From Candidatus Babeliales bacterium (GTDB lineage Bacteria; Babelota; Babeliae; Babelales; JBFXEV01), in the NCBI GenBank assembly GCA_050179755.1, contig JBFXEV010000001.1:329994-393993 (forward strand): a stretch of DNA of 64,000 bases. The letters are read 5' to 3'. The notes below the pieces were generated by a model. It saw only the letters and a list, made by a program, of their open reading frames with translations, ran no database searches and was not told the origin of the DNA. This document shows, piece after piece, positions 10,131 through 20,445 of the stretch (its first letter is position 1; each line of letters begins with the position of its first letter). The translations under genes were made by a program, and so were the position numbers.

Positions 10131-11083
10131 GATAAAAAGCCTTTTCTTGTCAACAAGCTCTTAAGAAGCCTATCAAGCTCAATTGCATGCTCATAATTTG
10201 CCAACATTATTTGGTTGCACCATGCAAAAAATTTAAAGCAATTTTTCATAGTTTCTTGATCAAAGAATGTTGTATCATAAAAGCCAGACAATCTAATATA
10301 CATTTCAAATTTATCCCATATTGCTCTAGGGGGATAAAGAGTAACCAATCTATGTAACGTTTCATAATATAACAATAATCCTTGAAACTCTTGTTCCGAA
10401 AAATCGACTTGTTCATTAAAAAAAAGAGTATACATATTTTCTGTAGAAAGCGCACATAATTTTCTGTTGAAGGCATCTGCCATATCAATACCTATAAAAG
10501 AATCAGTTGCTAGATCGTAAAAATAATTCCATCTACCCCGATCTCCATTCCCAACAAAAGTATCTAAGGCAACTAGAACAGGCAAATCATTATGGCGAGA
10601 CATGTGATAAATAATTTCTCTGGTTAATCCCGTTATCTTATTTTGAGCATTTCTTTGTCTAATATGTAATCCTTTATACTGCGTTCCTTGATATTTATCA
10701 AAACGAACACCTCGTGCATATGTGTGAAGTGTTGCAGGAAGATCAATAAGTTTACCTATAAATGGCACACCGGCAGGAATAAGCGCTGCATAATTGAGTG
10801 GTGCTTCAATAGAATGCCCTATATCAAGAGCTACCATCTCACAAACCAATTGCGCTGGATCAAATACATTACTATCCCTTAAAAGCTTTATTTGCTTTAC
10901 AACATACTTATTGCCAAATGGATCAATCAGAAATGTAATAGAAGAATGCAGACAATCCATATGACCATAAGATTCTATTTCTGTTACCAAATCTTGGTAA
11001 TTAATATTTTCACCGCCTCTTTGCGGAGTCAACATTAATGGTAAATAGAACGCAAGTCGCTTAGTAATATATAATCCAGACAC
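10127..11083 (-). CDS. HipA/PI3-PI4-kinase-like protein (start uncertain)
   Basis: YVVKQ, CEMVALDIG, LDTFVGNGDRGRWN, FIGIDMA. Confidence 0.65.
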   Translation of the reverse strand: MSGLYITKRLAFYLPLMLTPQRGGENINYQDLVTEIESYGHMDCLHSSITFLIDPFGNKYVVKQIKLLRDSNVFDPAQLVCEMVALDIGHSIEAPLNYAALIPAGVPFIGKLIDLPATLHTYARGVRFDKYQGTQYKGLHIRQRNAQNKITGLTREIIYHMSRHNDLPVLVALDTFVGNGDRGRWNYFYDLATDSFIGIDMADAFNRKLCALSTENMYTLFFNEQVDFSEQEFQGLLLYYETLHRLVTLYPPRAIWDKFEMYIRLSGFYDTTFFDQETMKNCFKFFAWCNQIMLANYEHAIELDRLLKSLLTRKGFLS

Positions 11084-11115
11084 AGATCGCGTTTTTCATT
11101 CTTAGTCATTCTTTT

Positions 11116-12045
11116 TTATTTTAGCGAGACTCTCAACTTTTTATGTCCTTTTTTCATTGGCTTCTTCCAAAGACCTGAAAAATGATGAATAGCCATAGTC
11201 TCTTGTTGCACCCACTTATATGGTCCATCATTCTTTTTACCCCATGCATAAAAGTAATTTTGTGGGAAAATTACATTAACGCCATCACAACTGGTTAACA
11301 ATTTTTTTACGGTATCACCAAAGTAAAAAACGCCGTTCCTATGAAATTGGTCTTTTTCATGAACATAGTCTTTCATAGTATCAATAAGCGCCTTCAGAAT
11401 GGGATGGCCCGGACGCGAGCCTATCAATGCATTACAACAGGTTAATTTATCACCTTTTTCATGGCCAGAAATCCATTTCAGTTCATGAATACCGGTATAG
11501 AAATCGCACCAATGATGCAACAAATCAAAAGGCTTAAGACATTCAAAATCTACATCAACATATAATCCACCAAATCGATATAAAATTTCATAACGCCAAA
11601 TATTTGCTTTCTCGCCATAATTAACTGCATTCTTAAAAGATTCCTTATTAATCAAATCAAATGCCTCGAGATCTGCTTCAGTCCAAACTTTAAAATCCCA
11701 ATCGGGGTGCAAATCAATCCATGTTTTTTGCAATTTTTTCAATTCTTCAGGCGGACGGCTACCCAACCAAATTTGATGAATCACTTTTGGAATAGTAACT
11801 GTTTCATTATATAGTATGGGCTTCTTATTTTTGGCTATACGAGCAACATGTTTGGTATAATTTTCCTTTAACATTTGCATATCAGCAGAAGTATATGAAT
11901 TATTATTCAGTAATTCAAAATAATAATCTTCAAATGTAGTAAACATTGCCTTATCAAAATCTTCCAAATAGTATAAATCTAAATTTATACAAGAAGTATT
12001 ACAAAAAACTATTAATAGTATGCTCGCACAATATAACTTTTTCAT
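11116..12045 (-). CDS. GT32-type (DXD, OCH1-like) glycosyltransferase with signal peptide and basic tail
   Basis: IPKVIHQIWLG, RYEILYRFGGLYVDVD; start moved to the ATG after GGAGG. Confidence 0.88.
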   Translation of the reverse strand: MKKLYCASILLIVFCNTSCINLDLYYLEDFDKAMFTTFEDYYFELLNNNSYTSADMQMLKENYTKHVARIAKNKKPILYNETVTIPKVIHQIWLGSRPPEELKKLQKTWIDLHPDWDFKVWTEADLEAFDLINKESFKNAVNYGEKANIWRYEILYRFGGLYVDVDFECLKPFDLLHHWCDFYTGIHELKWISGHEKGDKLTCCNALIGSRPGHPILKALIDTMKDYVHEKDQFHRNGVFYFGDTVKKLLTSCDGVNVIFPQNYFYAWGKKNDGPYKWVQQETMAIHHFSGLWKKPMKKGHKKLRVSLK

Positions 12046-12065
12046 TATCAATACCTCCACTAAAA

Positions 12066-12475
12066 CTATTTCTTGTTTATAAATTCATAGAGTATTTCTA
12101 TCAATCTCTCATTTTTTTTATTATTAAACAACTTAACAACTTTATCTCTGCCTTCATGTCCCATAACAATCCACAGCTCAGGATGCTCCACCATGTAACG
12201 CATTTTCTTACTTAATTGTGTTGTATCTTTTTCATTGACCAAAAAACCAGTAATGCCATCAACTACTAATGTCGGAATTCCCCTATGATGCGCGCTGATA
12301 ATGGGCAATGCTGTAGCCATTGCCTCCGTCATAGAAATAGAAAAATAACTCACAACTAATAAGATATTCAACGGTTATCGATGCTAGCTGAATATGTTTT
12401 TACTGAAATAAACAATGAACTCACCATACATAAATACAGTACAAACCAACTTGCAACTTTTTTTATCATGTTCAT
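12066..12475 (-). pseudogene. GT4 (WcaL-like) remnant with frameshift and large internal deletion
   Basis: Leader MNMIKKVASWFVLYLCMVSSLFISVKTYSA out of frame with NILLVVSYF, which is fused directly to ISMTEAMATALPIISAHHRGIP; compare intact 30164..31381. Confidence 0.85.
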
Positions 12476-12638
12476 TCATCGCTCCTTGTAACAAAGAATC
12501 TCCCTACGTTCAAGATATAAAAAAAAAGCATATAATTGCAACATTATACAATCCGTAACAACAATTTTTCAAAAAACACAGAATCTTAATTGCTTAACAA
12601 TGTCAAATCAACATTGTAATTAAAAAAAAGTGGTATGG

Positions 12639-12668
12639 TTGACATCTCTAATTGTACCCAGCTAAGCT
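12639..12668 (+). promoter_or_regulatory. Sigma70-type promoter
   Basis: TTGACA-N18-TAAGCT about 40 bp upstream of ATG 12708. Confidence 0.45.
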
Positions 12669-12707
12669 ATTTTTAAATAGTAGGTTCAAAAAATGAATGG
12701 ATAATCA

Positions 12708-13577
12708 ATGAATATAAAATATATATATTTCATAACCATGCTGTCCTTGCTCCTTGGCAATCATGAAATGAAGTCAAAAATAGCCAGTGAGGTGCTCACA
12801 ACGTTGGCAAGTGTCATTAATGATGTCATTGAAAAAAATTTTACTGATGAAGAACAAGCTAAAATTAATAATATAACTAAATTGCGAAATGAATTAGAAA
12901 AAGATGAAACAGTAACAGGCTTATTTAGCATGTCTCACATGGTTCGTATTATTAGTATGCCTCACGATCCATGGGGCCTATTACTCGTAAAACTTGCACG
13001 TACGTTTCAGCCTAAAACATCGTTAGAGCTGGGTACTTGTCTTGGTATTTCATGTGCTTATTTGGCCGCCGGCCTAAATGAGGGACAACTTATAACAATG
13101 GAAAGTTTTCAACCATTAGTTCCTTTAGCAACAAGCAACTTTGAAGCTCTAAACATTAATAATATTTCTTTACTCTGTGGCGATGTACCCGATCTGCTCA
13201 AACAAGAATTGCCATTGTTGCCTTCTATAGACTTTGTTTTTGATGATCATTTACATGCTGAAAAGTATGTAATGGAATATCTAAATATTATTAAACCTTA
13301 CCTTTCAGATCAAGCTGTGTATTTATTTGATGATATTCATCGCAATGCAAGTATGGAATCGGCGTGGGAAAAGATTAAAAAAGATGAAGCAGTAAAAATC
13401 ACCATCACTCTTGCAAAAGGAATTTGCTATTGGGACTTCAAACACCCAGTGCCACGCGTTGGAATTTGTATTGTTGATAAAGATATAACTGAAAAAATCC
13501 ACTGTGATATTAACTTAGATGGTTGCAAAAGCGTAAAAGTGGAAAATAATCGTTTAATTGAACAAAGAGATACATAA
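12708..13577 (+). CDS. Class I SAM-dependent (O-)methyltransferase with signal peptide
   Basis: LELGTCLGIS motif I, IDFVFDDHLH, YLFDDI; paralogue of 28323..29174. Confidence 0.85.
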   Translation: MNIKYIYFITMLSLLLGNHEMKSKIASEVLTTLASVINDVIEKNFTDEEQAKINNITKLRNELEKDETVTGLFSMSHMVRIISMPHDPWGLLLVKLARTFQPKTSLELGTCLGISCAYLAAGLNEGQLITMESFQPLVPLATSNFEALNINNISLLCGDVPDLLKQELPLLPSIDFVFDDHLHAEKYVMEYLNIIKPYLSDQAVYLFDDIHRNASMESAWEKIKKDEAVKITITLAKGICYWDFKHPVPRVGICIVDKDITEKIHCDINLDGCKSVKVENNRLIEQRDT

Positions 13578-13649
13578 ATTACTCGATTTTGATCGAAATT
13601 AAAAAATCTCTTTTTCCATAATACATTCTTGAAAAATATCAATCAATCA

Positions 13650-13893
13650 TGCAGTCATTGATATTGGAGGTATCGCAGGTTCAACTATACGCGGCACAAT
13701 TTCAAACATTACTGATTACGGTATGTTTGTAACTATCGCAAAAGGTGTTGATGGCCTTGTACACATTTCTGAAGTTTCTTCAAATGGACGTGTTGACAAC
13801 TTACATCACTTGTTCAATGTTGGCCAAGACGTTAGTGTAAAAGTTCTTGGTATCTACAACGATAAGCGTAGAATTTCATTAAGCATGAAATAG
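13650..13893 (+). pseudogene. Internally deleted duplicate of the S1 gene
   Basis: 13650-13675 matches 8698-8723 and 13676-13893 matches 8907-9124 (4 substitutions seen); no ATG upstream of the matching segment, in-frame TGA at 13630. Confidence 0.9.
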
Positions 13894-13910
13894 GCTAAGC
13901 TTATAAAAAT

Positions 13911-13946
13911 ATAAAAATGGGATCAAATGCTTGATCCCGTTTTTAT
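13911..13946. terminator. Intrinsic terminator
   Basis: ATAAAAATGGGATCAA-ATGC-TTGATCCCGTTTTTAT. Confidence 0.8.
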
Positions 13947-14019
13947 TGCTACCATAGCAATTCCAAATTTTTACTCATATGCTTTCAATACGTAAATAAA
14001 AAATCCACTCAACAATAAA

Positions 14020-14946
14020 TCAGCGCCGCCGCCGTTTAAACCGTTTAGGAGGTTTTATCCAAAAAGCTGTATAGTAATGCACAGCCAACGTTTCGGGCTG
14101 CACATATGCCTTGCCGGGTTGAATAGTAAAGCCATAACTTGCAGCCATGGGCCCACTTGGATAAAAAAAATTTGAAGGGAAAATCATATCAAGCGAATCT
14201 GATTCAAGAGGCAAAATATCTTCGATTATCGATGTAAAAAAATCAGGACCAGTTCTATTAGCAACGCCTCTTTTATTAACAAAATGTTTCAACGAATTAA
14301 CAGCATGAGCAAGAATAGGATGCCCTGGACGAGCAGCAATTATGCCATTATTAATGCGCAATCTATTCTTAAATAATAACGGTACTGCATGTATACCAAC
14401 ATAAAAATCACATACTTGATTTAACCAATCGAGCGGTTTAAGACTTTCAAAATCAATGTCTACATACACTCCACCAAAATGATAGAGTATTTCATACCTT
14501 AAAATATCAGCTTTTTCACCCCAATTTACGGCTTTATCAAAATACTTTTTATTTTCAAACACAAAACCCTCAACATCATCATTAGTCCAAAGTTTATACT
14601 CCCAATCTGGATGCATAGTAAGCCAAGACTCCTGCCATGCGCGCGTTTTTTCTGGCAATGGGCGCGGACCTATCCATATTTGATGAATAATTTTAGGAAT
14701 AATATACTCATCAGTATATCGTTCGCGTGCCTTATCCAAAAATTGATAATATTGATCAACAATTTGATTAAGAAGTGCCTTATGTGGTGTTTTTTCAAGG
14801 AATTTATTATATGCTTTCAGATCATCTGGATGACTTATCATTGCTTGACTAAAACTTTCAGGAATATAAATCTCCTGAACTACAGCCACCACATAAAAAC
14901 TTGTAATCAATACAAGCAATATAGATATAAAATATATATTTTTCAT
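14020..14946 (-). CDS. GT32-type glycosyltransferase with signal peptide and tail KPPKRFKRRRR
   Basis: IPKIIHQIWIG, KADILRYEILYHFGGVYVDID, RTGP; start coupled (TAATG) to the upstream stop. Confidence 0.9.
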   Translation of the reverse strand: MKNIYFISILLVLITSFYVVAVVQEIYIPESFSQAMISHPDDLKAYNKFLEKTPHKALLNQIVDQYYQFLDKARERYTDEYIIPKIIHQIWIGPRPLPEKTRAWQESWLTMHPDWEYKLWTNDDVEGFVFENKKYFDKAVNWGEKADILRYEILYHFGGVYVDIDFESLKPLDWLNQVCDFYVGIHAVPLLFKNRLRINNGIIAARPGHPILAHAVNSLKHFVNKRGVANRTGPDFFTSIIEDILPLESDSLDMIFPSNFFYPSGPMAASYGFTIQPGKAYVQPETLAVHYYTAFWIKPPKRFKRRRR

Positions 14947-15962
14947 TATCTTACCTTTTGTTGAATTCTTGCCATCCATGCGCATGCTTTTTGACCAAAC
15001 GCACGCACTGGATCTAAATCTAAGGGAGTTCCAAAAGGAACGTTGCCCGTTGCAATGATATCAAGGCATTCTTTTGCAGAAGAAACACAGGTGCCAAAAC
15101 CATAGGTTTCTTGAAAAGAATTGAGCTTATAGTCACCCGGAATCATAATACAAGGAATTCCAAGTCCGTAGGCAATAATTGCGCCATGCAAACGGGAAGT
15201 AATAACTAACGAGCTTTTACAATAATATTCATTAATATAATCTTCTAATCCAAAATTTTTAGCCTGAATATTATTTATGACTTTAAGCTCTTTAATATGT
15301 TGCGATAACATGCTTATAATCTTCTCTGTTTGTTCTTTACCAAGCGAAACACTATGAGAATCATATAATATTAAACCTTCTGCATTCATGTTCCGCTTAA
15401 ATTTTTGTAAGTATATAACGGTTGGACAAAGGGAAATATCTGCATATGATAATTGATAATACTGTGCTGTTAGAAGATCACGAAGATTAACTAAATCGCA
15501 TTTTTTTGCAACAGCTTGCACAATTTCTTTGCTAACGCCTGCTGCAAATTCGCCATGCTTATATGGTAAACAAATACCCAATCCCCACATAATCATAGGA
15601 AGCGTACAATTATCACGTAACTTAATCCAAAAAGGCTCAAAGCAAGAATTCAATAAACCTGCTCCTCCAATAATAGCTCCTTTATAGTGCGTATTAATAA
15701 AATCAAAATCAATATCTTTATCATGCATACACCAAACATCAGTTGAAATGCCAAGCATTTCTTGTATGCCTAAAATCGGCAAAAAATTCCCTATGTTATC
15801 AGAAGAGGAATAAAATTGAATAATAGGAGACTGAGGTTTTCTGAGCTCTTTTTGTACTTTTGACAGATCATGAAATTTACAGCGTCGATCAATCGCACCA
15901 TATACACCATGCGCCACTAACCCAAAACATAGTAATACCCCATATTTTAAATAATTAACCAT
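14946..15962 (-). CDS. Polysaccharide pyruvyl transferase family protein
   Basis: NIGN, IIGGAGLL, WGLG, NLRD, VITSRLHGAIIAYGLGIP. Confidence 0.82.
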   Translation of the reverse strand: MVNYLKYGVLLCFGLVAHGVYGAIDRRCKFHDLSKVQKELRKPQSPIIQFYSSSDNIGNFLPILGIQEMLGISTDVWCMHDKDIDFDFINTHYKGAIIGGAGLLNSCFEPFWIKLRDNCTLPMIMWGLGICLPYKHGEFAAGVSKEIVQAVAKKCDLVNLRDLLTAQYYQLSYADISLCPTVIYLQKFKRNMNAEGLILYDSHSVSLGKEQTEKIISMLSQHIKELKVINNIQAKNFGLEDYINEYYCKSSLVITSRLHGAIIAYGLGIPCIMIPGDYKLNSFQETYGFGTCVSSAKECLDIIATGNVPFGTPLDLDPVRAFGQKACAWMARIQQKVR

Positions 15963-16225
15963 ACATTCCTCTTTTCGCTAATAATTATATACATAAACAT
16001 CGCAGTATATGCCAGAAATTATTTTTTCTATAAATACCATTCCTTTAAAGCTCGTCACGAACATAACTACTTAATACATAGCATAGGGAGCCTTTCCAAA
16101 GCAACAGTCGCTCAATCAAATATAAATAAAAATTTTTCTACAGATTTAAAACTTGACATGCCCAGTGCATATAAAATAGGCTATTAAAGAACAATTAAAA
16201 AAAGTATCTTGAGGTAGGAATACAA

Positions 16226-17122
16226 ATGAAGCAAATTTTACACGCCAGCCCTATTCTTCTAGTTTTTATAACAATCTTATCTTTGCATGCAACAACAGAA
16301 CAAAAAGCTCTAATTGCTTTACAACCTAGTCAGGATCATATAGAAAACTACACTCGAATGCAAAAGTCTCCATTTTTCACCATATGTATTTATGCATACA
16401 ATACCGAAAATTGGATTAAAAAAAACTTAGATTCTGTTTTTAGTCAACATTATAAAAATTATCGTATACTCTACATTGATGACGCTTCTTATGACGCAAC
16501 TACAAATACAGTACAAAAATATATATCAACAACATCAGCACAACATATTAAAATAATTACAAATACAGAACATCAAGGCGAACTTAAAACACTCTATTCC
16601 ATTATTAATAATTGCGCTGATGATGAAATTATTATCTTGCTCAATGGTAATGATTGGCTTGCACATAACAAAGTATTAACTGAACTAGGTGCAGCATATA
16701 ATTCAAATGACATTTGGCTCACCTATGGCACATGCACCTCTGCACCTAAAGGCTGCAATATTAGTATTCGAAATGGATCAATACCTCAACACATATTGGA
16801 ACATCGTCTCTATAGAGACATATTCCCTTATATGCCAGTACGCAGCTTCTATGCATGGCTTTTTAAATTAATAAAAAAAGATGATCTGATTGACGCTTCA
16901 ACGGGAGATTTTTTTGAGCATGCAGCCGAATGTTATATTATGTGGCCACTGCTAGAGATGGCGCATAACCATTTTAAAGCAATTTCATCCACTACTTATG
17001 TAATAAACAGCCATGATCCTATCGCACAATTGGAAAAGGATTATCATTTACGCATGGCAATAAACAGCCAAATGGATAAAAATATTCCTATCTATCCTCT
17101 TGCAATAAAACCAAATTGCTAA
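16226..17122 (+). CDS. GT2 glycosyltransferase with degenerate DxD motif (NGND)
   Basis: AYN..WIKKNLDSVFSQ.Y.NYRILYIDDAS, LLNGNDWL, RSFYAWLFK, WPLLEMA. Confidence 0.82.
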   Translation: MKQILHASPILLVFITILSLHATTEQKALIALQPSQDHIENYTRMQKSPFFTICIYAYNTENWIKKNLDSVFSQHYKNYRILYIDDASYDATTNTVQKYISTTSAQHIKIITNTEHQGELKTLYSIINNCADDEIIILLNGNDWLAHNKVLTELGAAYNSNDIWLTYGTCTSAPKGCNISIRNGSIPQHILEHRLYRDIFPYMPVRSFYAWLFKLIKKDDLIDASTGDFFEHAAECYIMWPLLEMAHNHFKAISSTTYVINSHDPIAQLEKDYHLRMAINSQMDKNIPIYPLAIKPNC

Positions 17123-17135
17123 AATAATTACTACC

Positions 17136-18137
17136 ATGAAAAGAACAAATCTATATATACTCATTATCTTATTGAGCTCCTATTATACACAGGCCAAAAT
17201 ATTAATCTTTACATTTGCTTATAACAGACCTGATTTTATTGAAATTCAATACCAAACATTTAGCAAATTTTTAAGCGAAGAGTTTGAATTAATTGTATTT
17301 AATGATGCTACTGAACAAACTGCCAAAAAAGGTATCGAACAGATATGCACCGCCTTAAATCTTATATGCGTTACGATTCCTCAAAAAATACATGCGCGGC
17401 CCTATCTTAATCGACCGGACAAAAGCAAGCCACATGCAGCAATAAGAAACTGCAATGTAGTGCAATATGCCATGGATATTATAGGGTTTGATCACAATGA
17501 TATTCTTATGCTAGTTGATTCTGATTTATTCTTAATACGAGAATTTGATATAAGAAATTTTATACAAAACCACCACGCAGCAGCATTTATGCGGCCTTGC
17601 TCAGATGTGCCTGAAAAATACCATAATTGCACTACGTTACACCCTCATGTTTCCGGCATTTCATATTTTTGGATAGGACTTGTTATTCTCAATATGAATT
17701 CGTTACCTCATAAATATGCATTAAATTTTAATAGAGGCACTGTACAAACAGTTTTTGGCCCCTCATTTGTGGATGCTGGCGGATATAGTTACTATAGCAA
17801 AACATGTATACCAAATTTTAAAGCAAAACCTATTATTCGCACCTGTTTTCAAGATATCATCTGTACATCGTGTAAAGAAAAAAATAGTGCTATCTGTACG
17901 CATTCTACGGCTACTTTACAACACCTTGGCGTGCCAAATGATTTAATTAAACTATTACAACAGATACCGCTTGATCCACGTAAAGAACAAGCCGATCGTG
18001 GCATAGAACTTTTTAACGCAGGTACCTTTTTACATTATAGATCAGGGTCGAACTGGAACAAGGCATCTCGTGCTTTTATTGCCAATAAAGATAAGGCGTT
18101 TAATAACTTGATTAAGACTATCTTGGAGCAAGAATGA
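17136..18137 (+). CDS. GT-A-fold glycosyltransferase-like protein with signal peptide
   Basis: IFTFAYNRPDFIEIQ, IVFND, LVDSDLFL, DAGG, FLHYRSGSNW. Confidence 0.6.
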   Translation: MKRTNLYILIILLSSYYTQAKILIFTFAYNRPDFIEIQYQTFSKFLSEEFELIVFNDATEQTAKKGIEQICTALNLICVTIPQKIHARPYLNRPDKSKPHAAIRNCNVVQYAMDIIGFDHNDILMLVDSDLFLIREFDIRNFIQNHHAAAFMRPCSDVPEKYHNCTTLHPHVSGISYFWIGLVILNMNSLPHKYALNFNRGTVQTVFGPSFVDAGGYSYYSKTCIPNFKAKPIIRTCFQDIICTSCKEKNSAICTHSTATLQHLGVPNDLIKLLQQIPLDPRKEQADRGIELFNAGTFLHYRSGSNWNKASRAFIANKDKAFNNLIKTILEQE

Positions 18138-19147
18138 TATTTTTTAAAAAATTATATATTAGTTTAAGTTGTGTTATTTTGTTAACGTCAATTAATTATA
18201 TAACAGCCAAAGTTCTTATTTTTACCTTTGTGTATAATCGTCCCGATTTTATTGAACTTCAACAGAAGCTCTTTAAAAAATTTTTAAAAGATGACTACGA
18301 ATTTGTGATTTTTGATGATAGTAAAACAACTGAAATAACAAAAAAAATTAAATTAGTGTGTCAAACATACAACATTACACATATTAAAATTCCACAAAAA
18401 TTACATGATCGGCCCTATCTTAATCGTTATCGTACACCAAAATGGTTTGCGCAGTATAATAATGCGTCATCACGCAATTGCAACGTAGTGCAATACGCAT
18501 TAGATACGCTCGGCTTTGAGCATGATGATCTTGTTATTCTACTCGAATCAGATGTTTTTCTAATAAAAGAATTTAGTTTTTACGACTATATGCAAGGTTA
18601 TGATCTTGCAGGATATGATCGCTCGCCGGAATATAGTGACAACCGTCAGTCGCTTGAATTTCTTTGGATTGGGCTCATTTATCTCAATATGGCAACACTA
18701 ACCAATAAATACAGCTTTAATATAAATTGCGGGCAGATACATGGCGTAAATATAGACTCCGGCGGTTATTCACATTTTTATCTACATCACATTAACGACG
18801 CACGCATTAAGCTTTTTGAAAAAATCAGAATAGAACAATTAATTTGTATGGAATGCACACATGCCAAAAATTACAGATGTTCTCACAATACTAAGCTTCT
18901 TAAAGCCTTAGGTTTTGATATGCCTACTATAGCGTTTATTCAAGACGTTCCTATTGACTGGGGTTCAGGCCATTCAAGAAAAGGCTTAAGCAAAAGAAAC
19001 ATTGAATTTTTACAAAATAATAGTTTTGTGCATTTTTCAGGATCAAGTGGCTATGCTATGTTTTCACCTTATTGCAACATGGAAGAACTGTATAAAGACA
19101 AAGCAGCAGCATTTACAAAATATATTACCTATCTGCTAGATGCTTAG
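18134..19147 (+). CDS. GT-A-fold glycosyltransferase-like protein, tandem paralogue
   Basis: IFTFVYNRPDFIELQ, VIFDD, LLESDVFL, DSGG. Confidence 0.6.
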   Translation: MIFFKKLYISLSCVILLTSINYITAKVLIFTFVYNRPDFIELQQKLFKKFLKDDYEFVIFDDSKTTEITKKIKLVCQTYNITHIKIPQKLHDRPYLNRYRTPKWFAQYNNASSRNCNVVQYALDTLGFEHDDLVILLESDVFLIKEFSFYDYMQGYDLAGYDRSPEYSDNRQSLEFLWIGLIYLNMATLTNKYSFNINCGQIHGVNIDSGGYSHFYLHHINDARIKLFEKIRIEQLICMECTHAKNYRCSHNTKLLKALGFDMPTIAFIQDVPIDWGSGHSRKGLSKRNIEFLQNNSFVHFSGSSGYAMFSPYCNMEELYKDKAAAFTKYITYLLDA

Positions 19148-19192
19148 ATATCTGGCTTTCAGATTCGGCAAAACTATCCTGTTTACGATGGT

Positions 19193-20302
19193 TTATATTT
19201 TTCTTTTTTCTATGTATTGTTGATAACGGCGTTCTTTTCTATAAGGATCACACAATGGAACCCACAGCTGGCATGTTTTTTCTTTCTTAGCATCTGGTGC
19301 GTCTTGTTTAATTACCTGTGTAGAATCTACAGATAATGAAGATACGTTATGAGCAATCGCCAGCTCCTTTTCTACCGCTTGTTTTGGCTTAGGCTTTACA
19401 ATCCAATACGCAGTATAATAATGCACTGCCATTGTTTCGGGCTGCACATACGCCTCTCCATCTTTTAGCTTATAACCAGGTCCGCCTTTTTCACCACTGG
19501 GATAAAAGAAATTGGATGGAAAAACCAAATCAAGAGAACCAGAAGCAATCGTACTTGGTAAAACATCTTGAATAGTTTGTGTAAAAAAATCAGGGCCAGT
19601 ACGTTGCGCAACACCTTTTTCATGTCTATAAAATGGTATTTGACTAATTGCCCGCTCTAAAATAGGGTGCCCTGGCCTTGCACCAATTAATCCATTATTA
19701 ATTCTTAGCTTATGTTCAAATAATAGTGGCACTGCATGTATACCAGTATAAAAATCACATCTTTCATGCAACCAATCAAATGATTTCAAACACGCAAAGT
19801 CAGCGTCAGCATATAACCCCCCAAATCTATATAAAATTTCATAACGCAAAATATCAGCCTTTTCTCCCCAATTTCTTGCTTGATCAAAGTATATTTTATT
19901 TTCAAAATCAAACTGATCAACATCTTGATTAGTCCATAACTTATATTCCCAATCAGGATGCATCTTAATCCAAGATTCCTGCCATTTTTTAGCTTCTTGA
20001 GGAAATGGATACGGCCCTATCCAGATTTGATGAATAATTTTGGGAATAGAATGCGCTTGTATGTGCTGCTGTTCTGCACCTTGTTTGTTAGAAAATAAAT
20101 AATATTGTTGCATTATTAATGCTAACAATTCCTTATGAGGTGTCTGCTTAAAAAACTCATTATATTGATCTTTATCTTTTTCGTGACTCACCATTGCAGC
20201 ATTAAAATCTGCAGGAAAAATTATATTTTGACCAATCCCAGATGTAAAAACAGAGCATGCTAACATACAAATGATCTGACAAGCGTAGATTAATTTTTTC
20301 AT
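19193..20302 (-). CDS. GT32-type glycosyltransferase with extended C-terminal tail
   Basis: IPKIIHQIWIG, KADILRYEILYRFGGLYADAD; close paralogue of 14020..14946. Confidence 0.9.
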   Translation of the reverse strand: MKKLIYACQIICMLACSVFTSGIGQNIIFPADFNAAMVSHEKDKDQYNEFFKQTPHKELLALIMQQYYLFSNKQGAEQQHIQAHSIPKIIHQIWIGPYPFPQEAKKWQESWIKMHPDWEYKLWTNQDVDQFDFENKIYFDQARNWGEKADILRYEILYRFGGLYADADFACLKSFDWLHERCDFYTGIHAVPLLFEHKLRINNGLIGARPGHPILERAISQIPFYRHEKGVAQRTGPDFFTQTIQDVLPSTIASGSLDLVFPSNFFYPSGEKGGPGYKLKDGEAYVQPETMAVHYYTAYWIVKPKPKQAVEKELAIAHNVSSLSVDSTQVIKQDAPDAKKEKTCQLWVPLCDPYRKERRYQQYIEKRKI

Positions 20303-20445
20303 CTGGCCCCTTTTTACTTACTACTTTATTTTCTGCGACTCTATAGATGCAGTCTTCTTTTTACACAATAGCATATTTAAAACATCATTTTCAATAAAAA
20401 GAGAATGCAGCCAAAGAAGAATAACACTCTTCAAGAGCTCACTAC

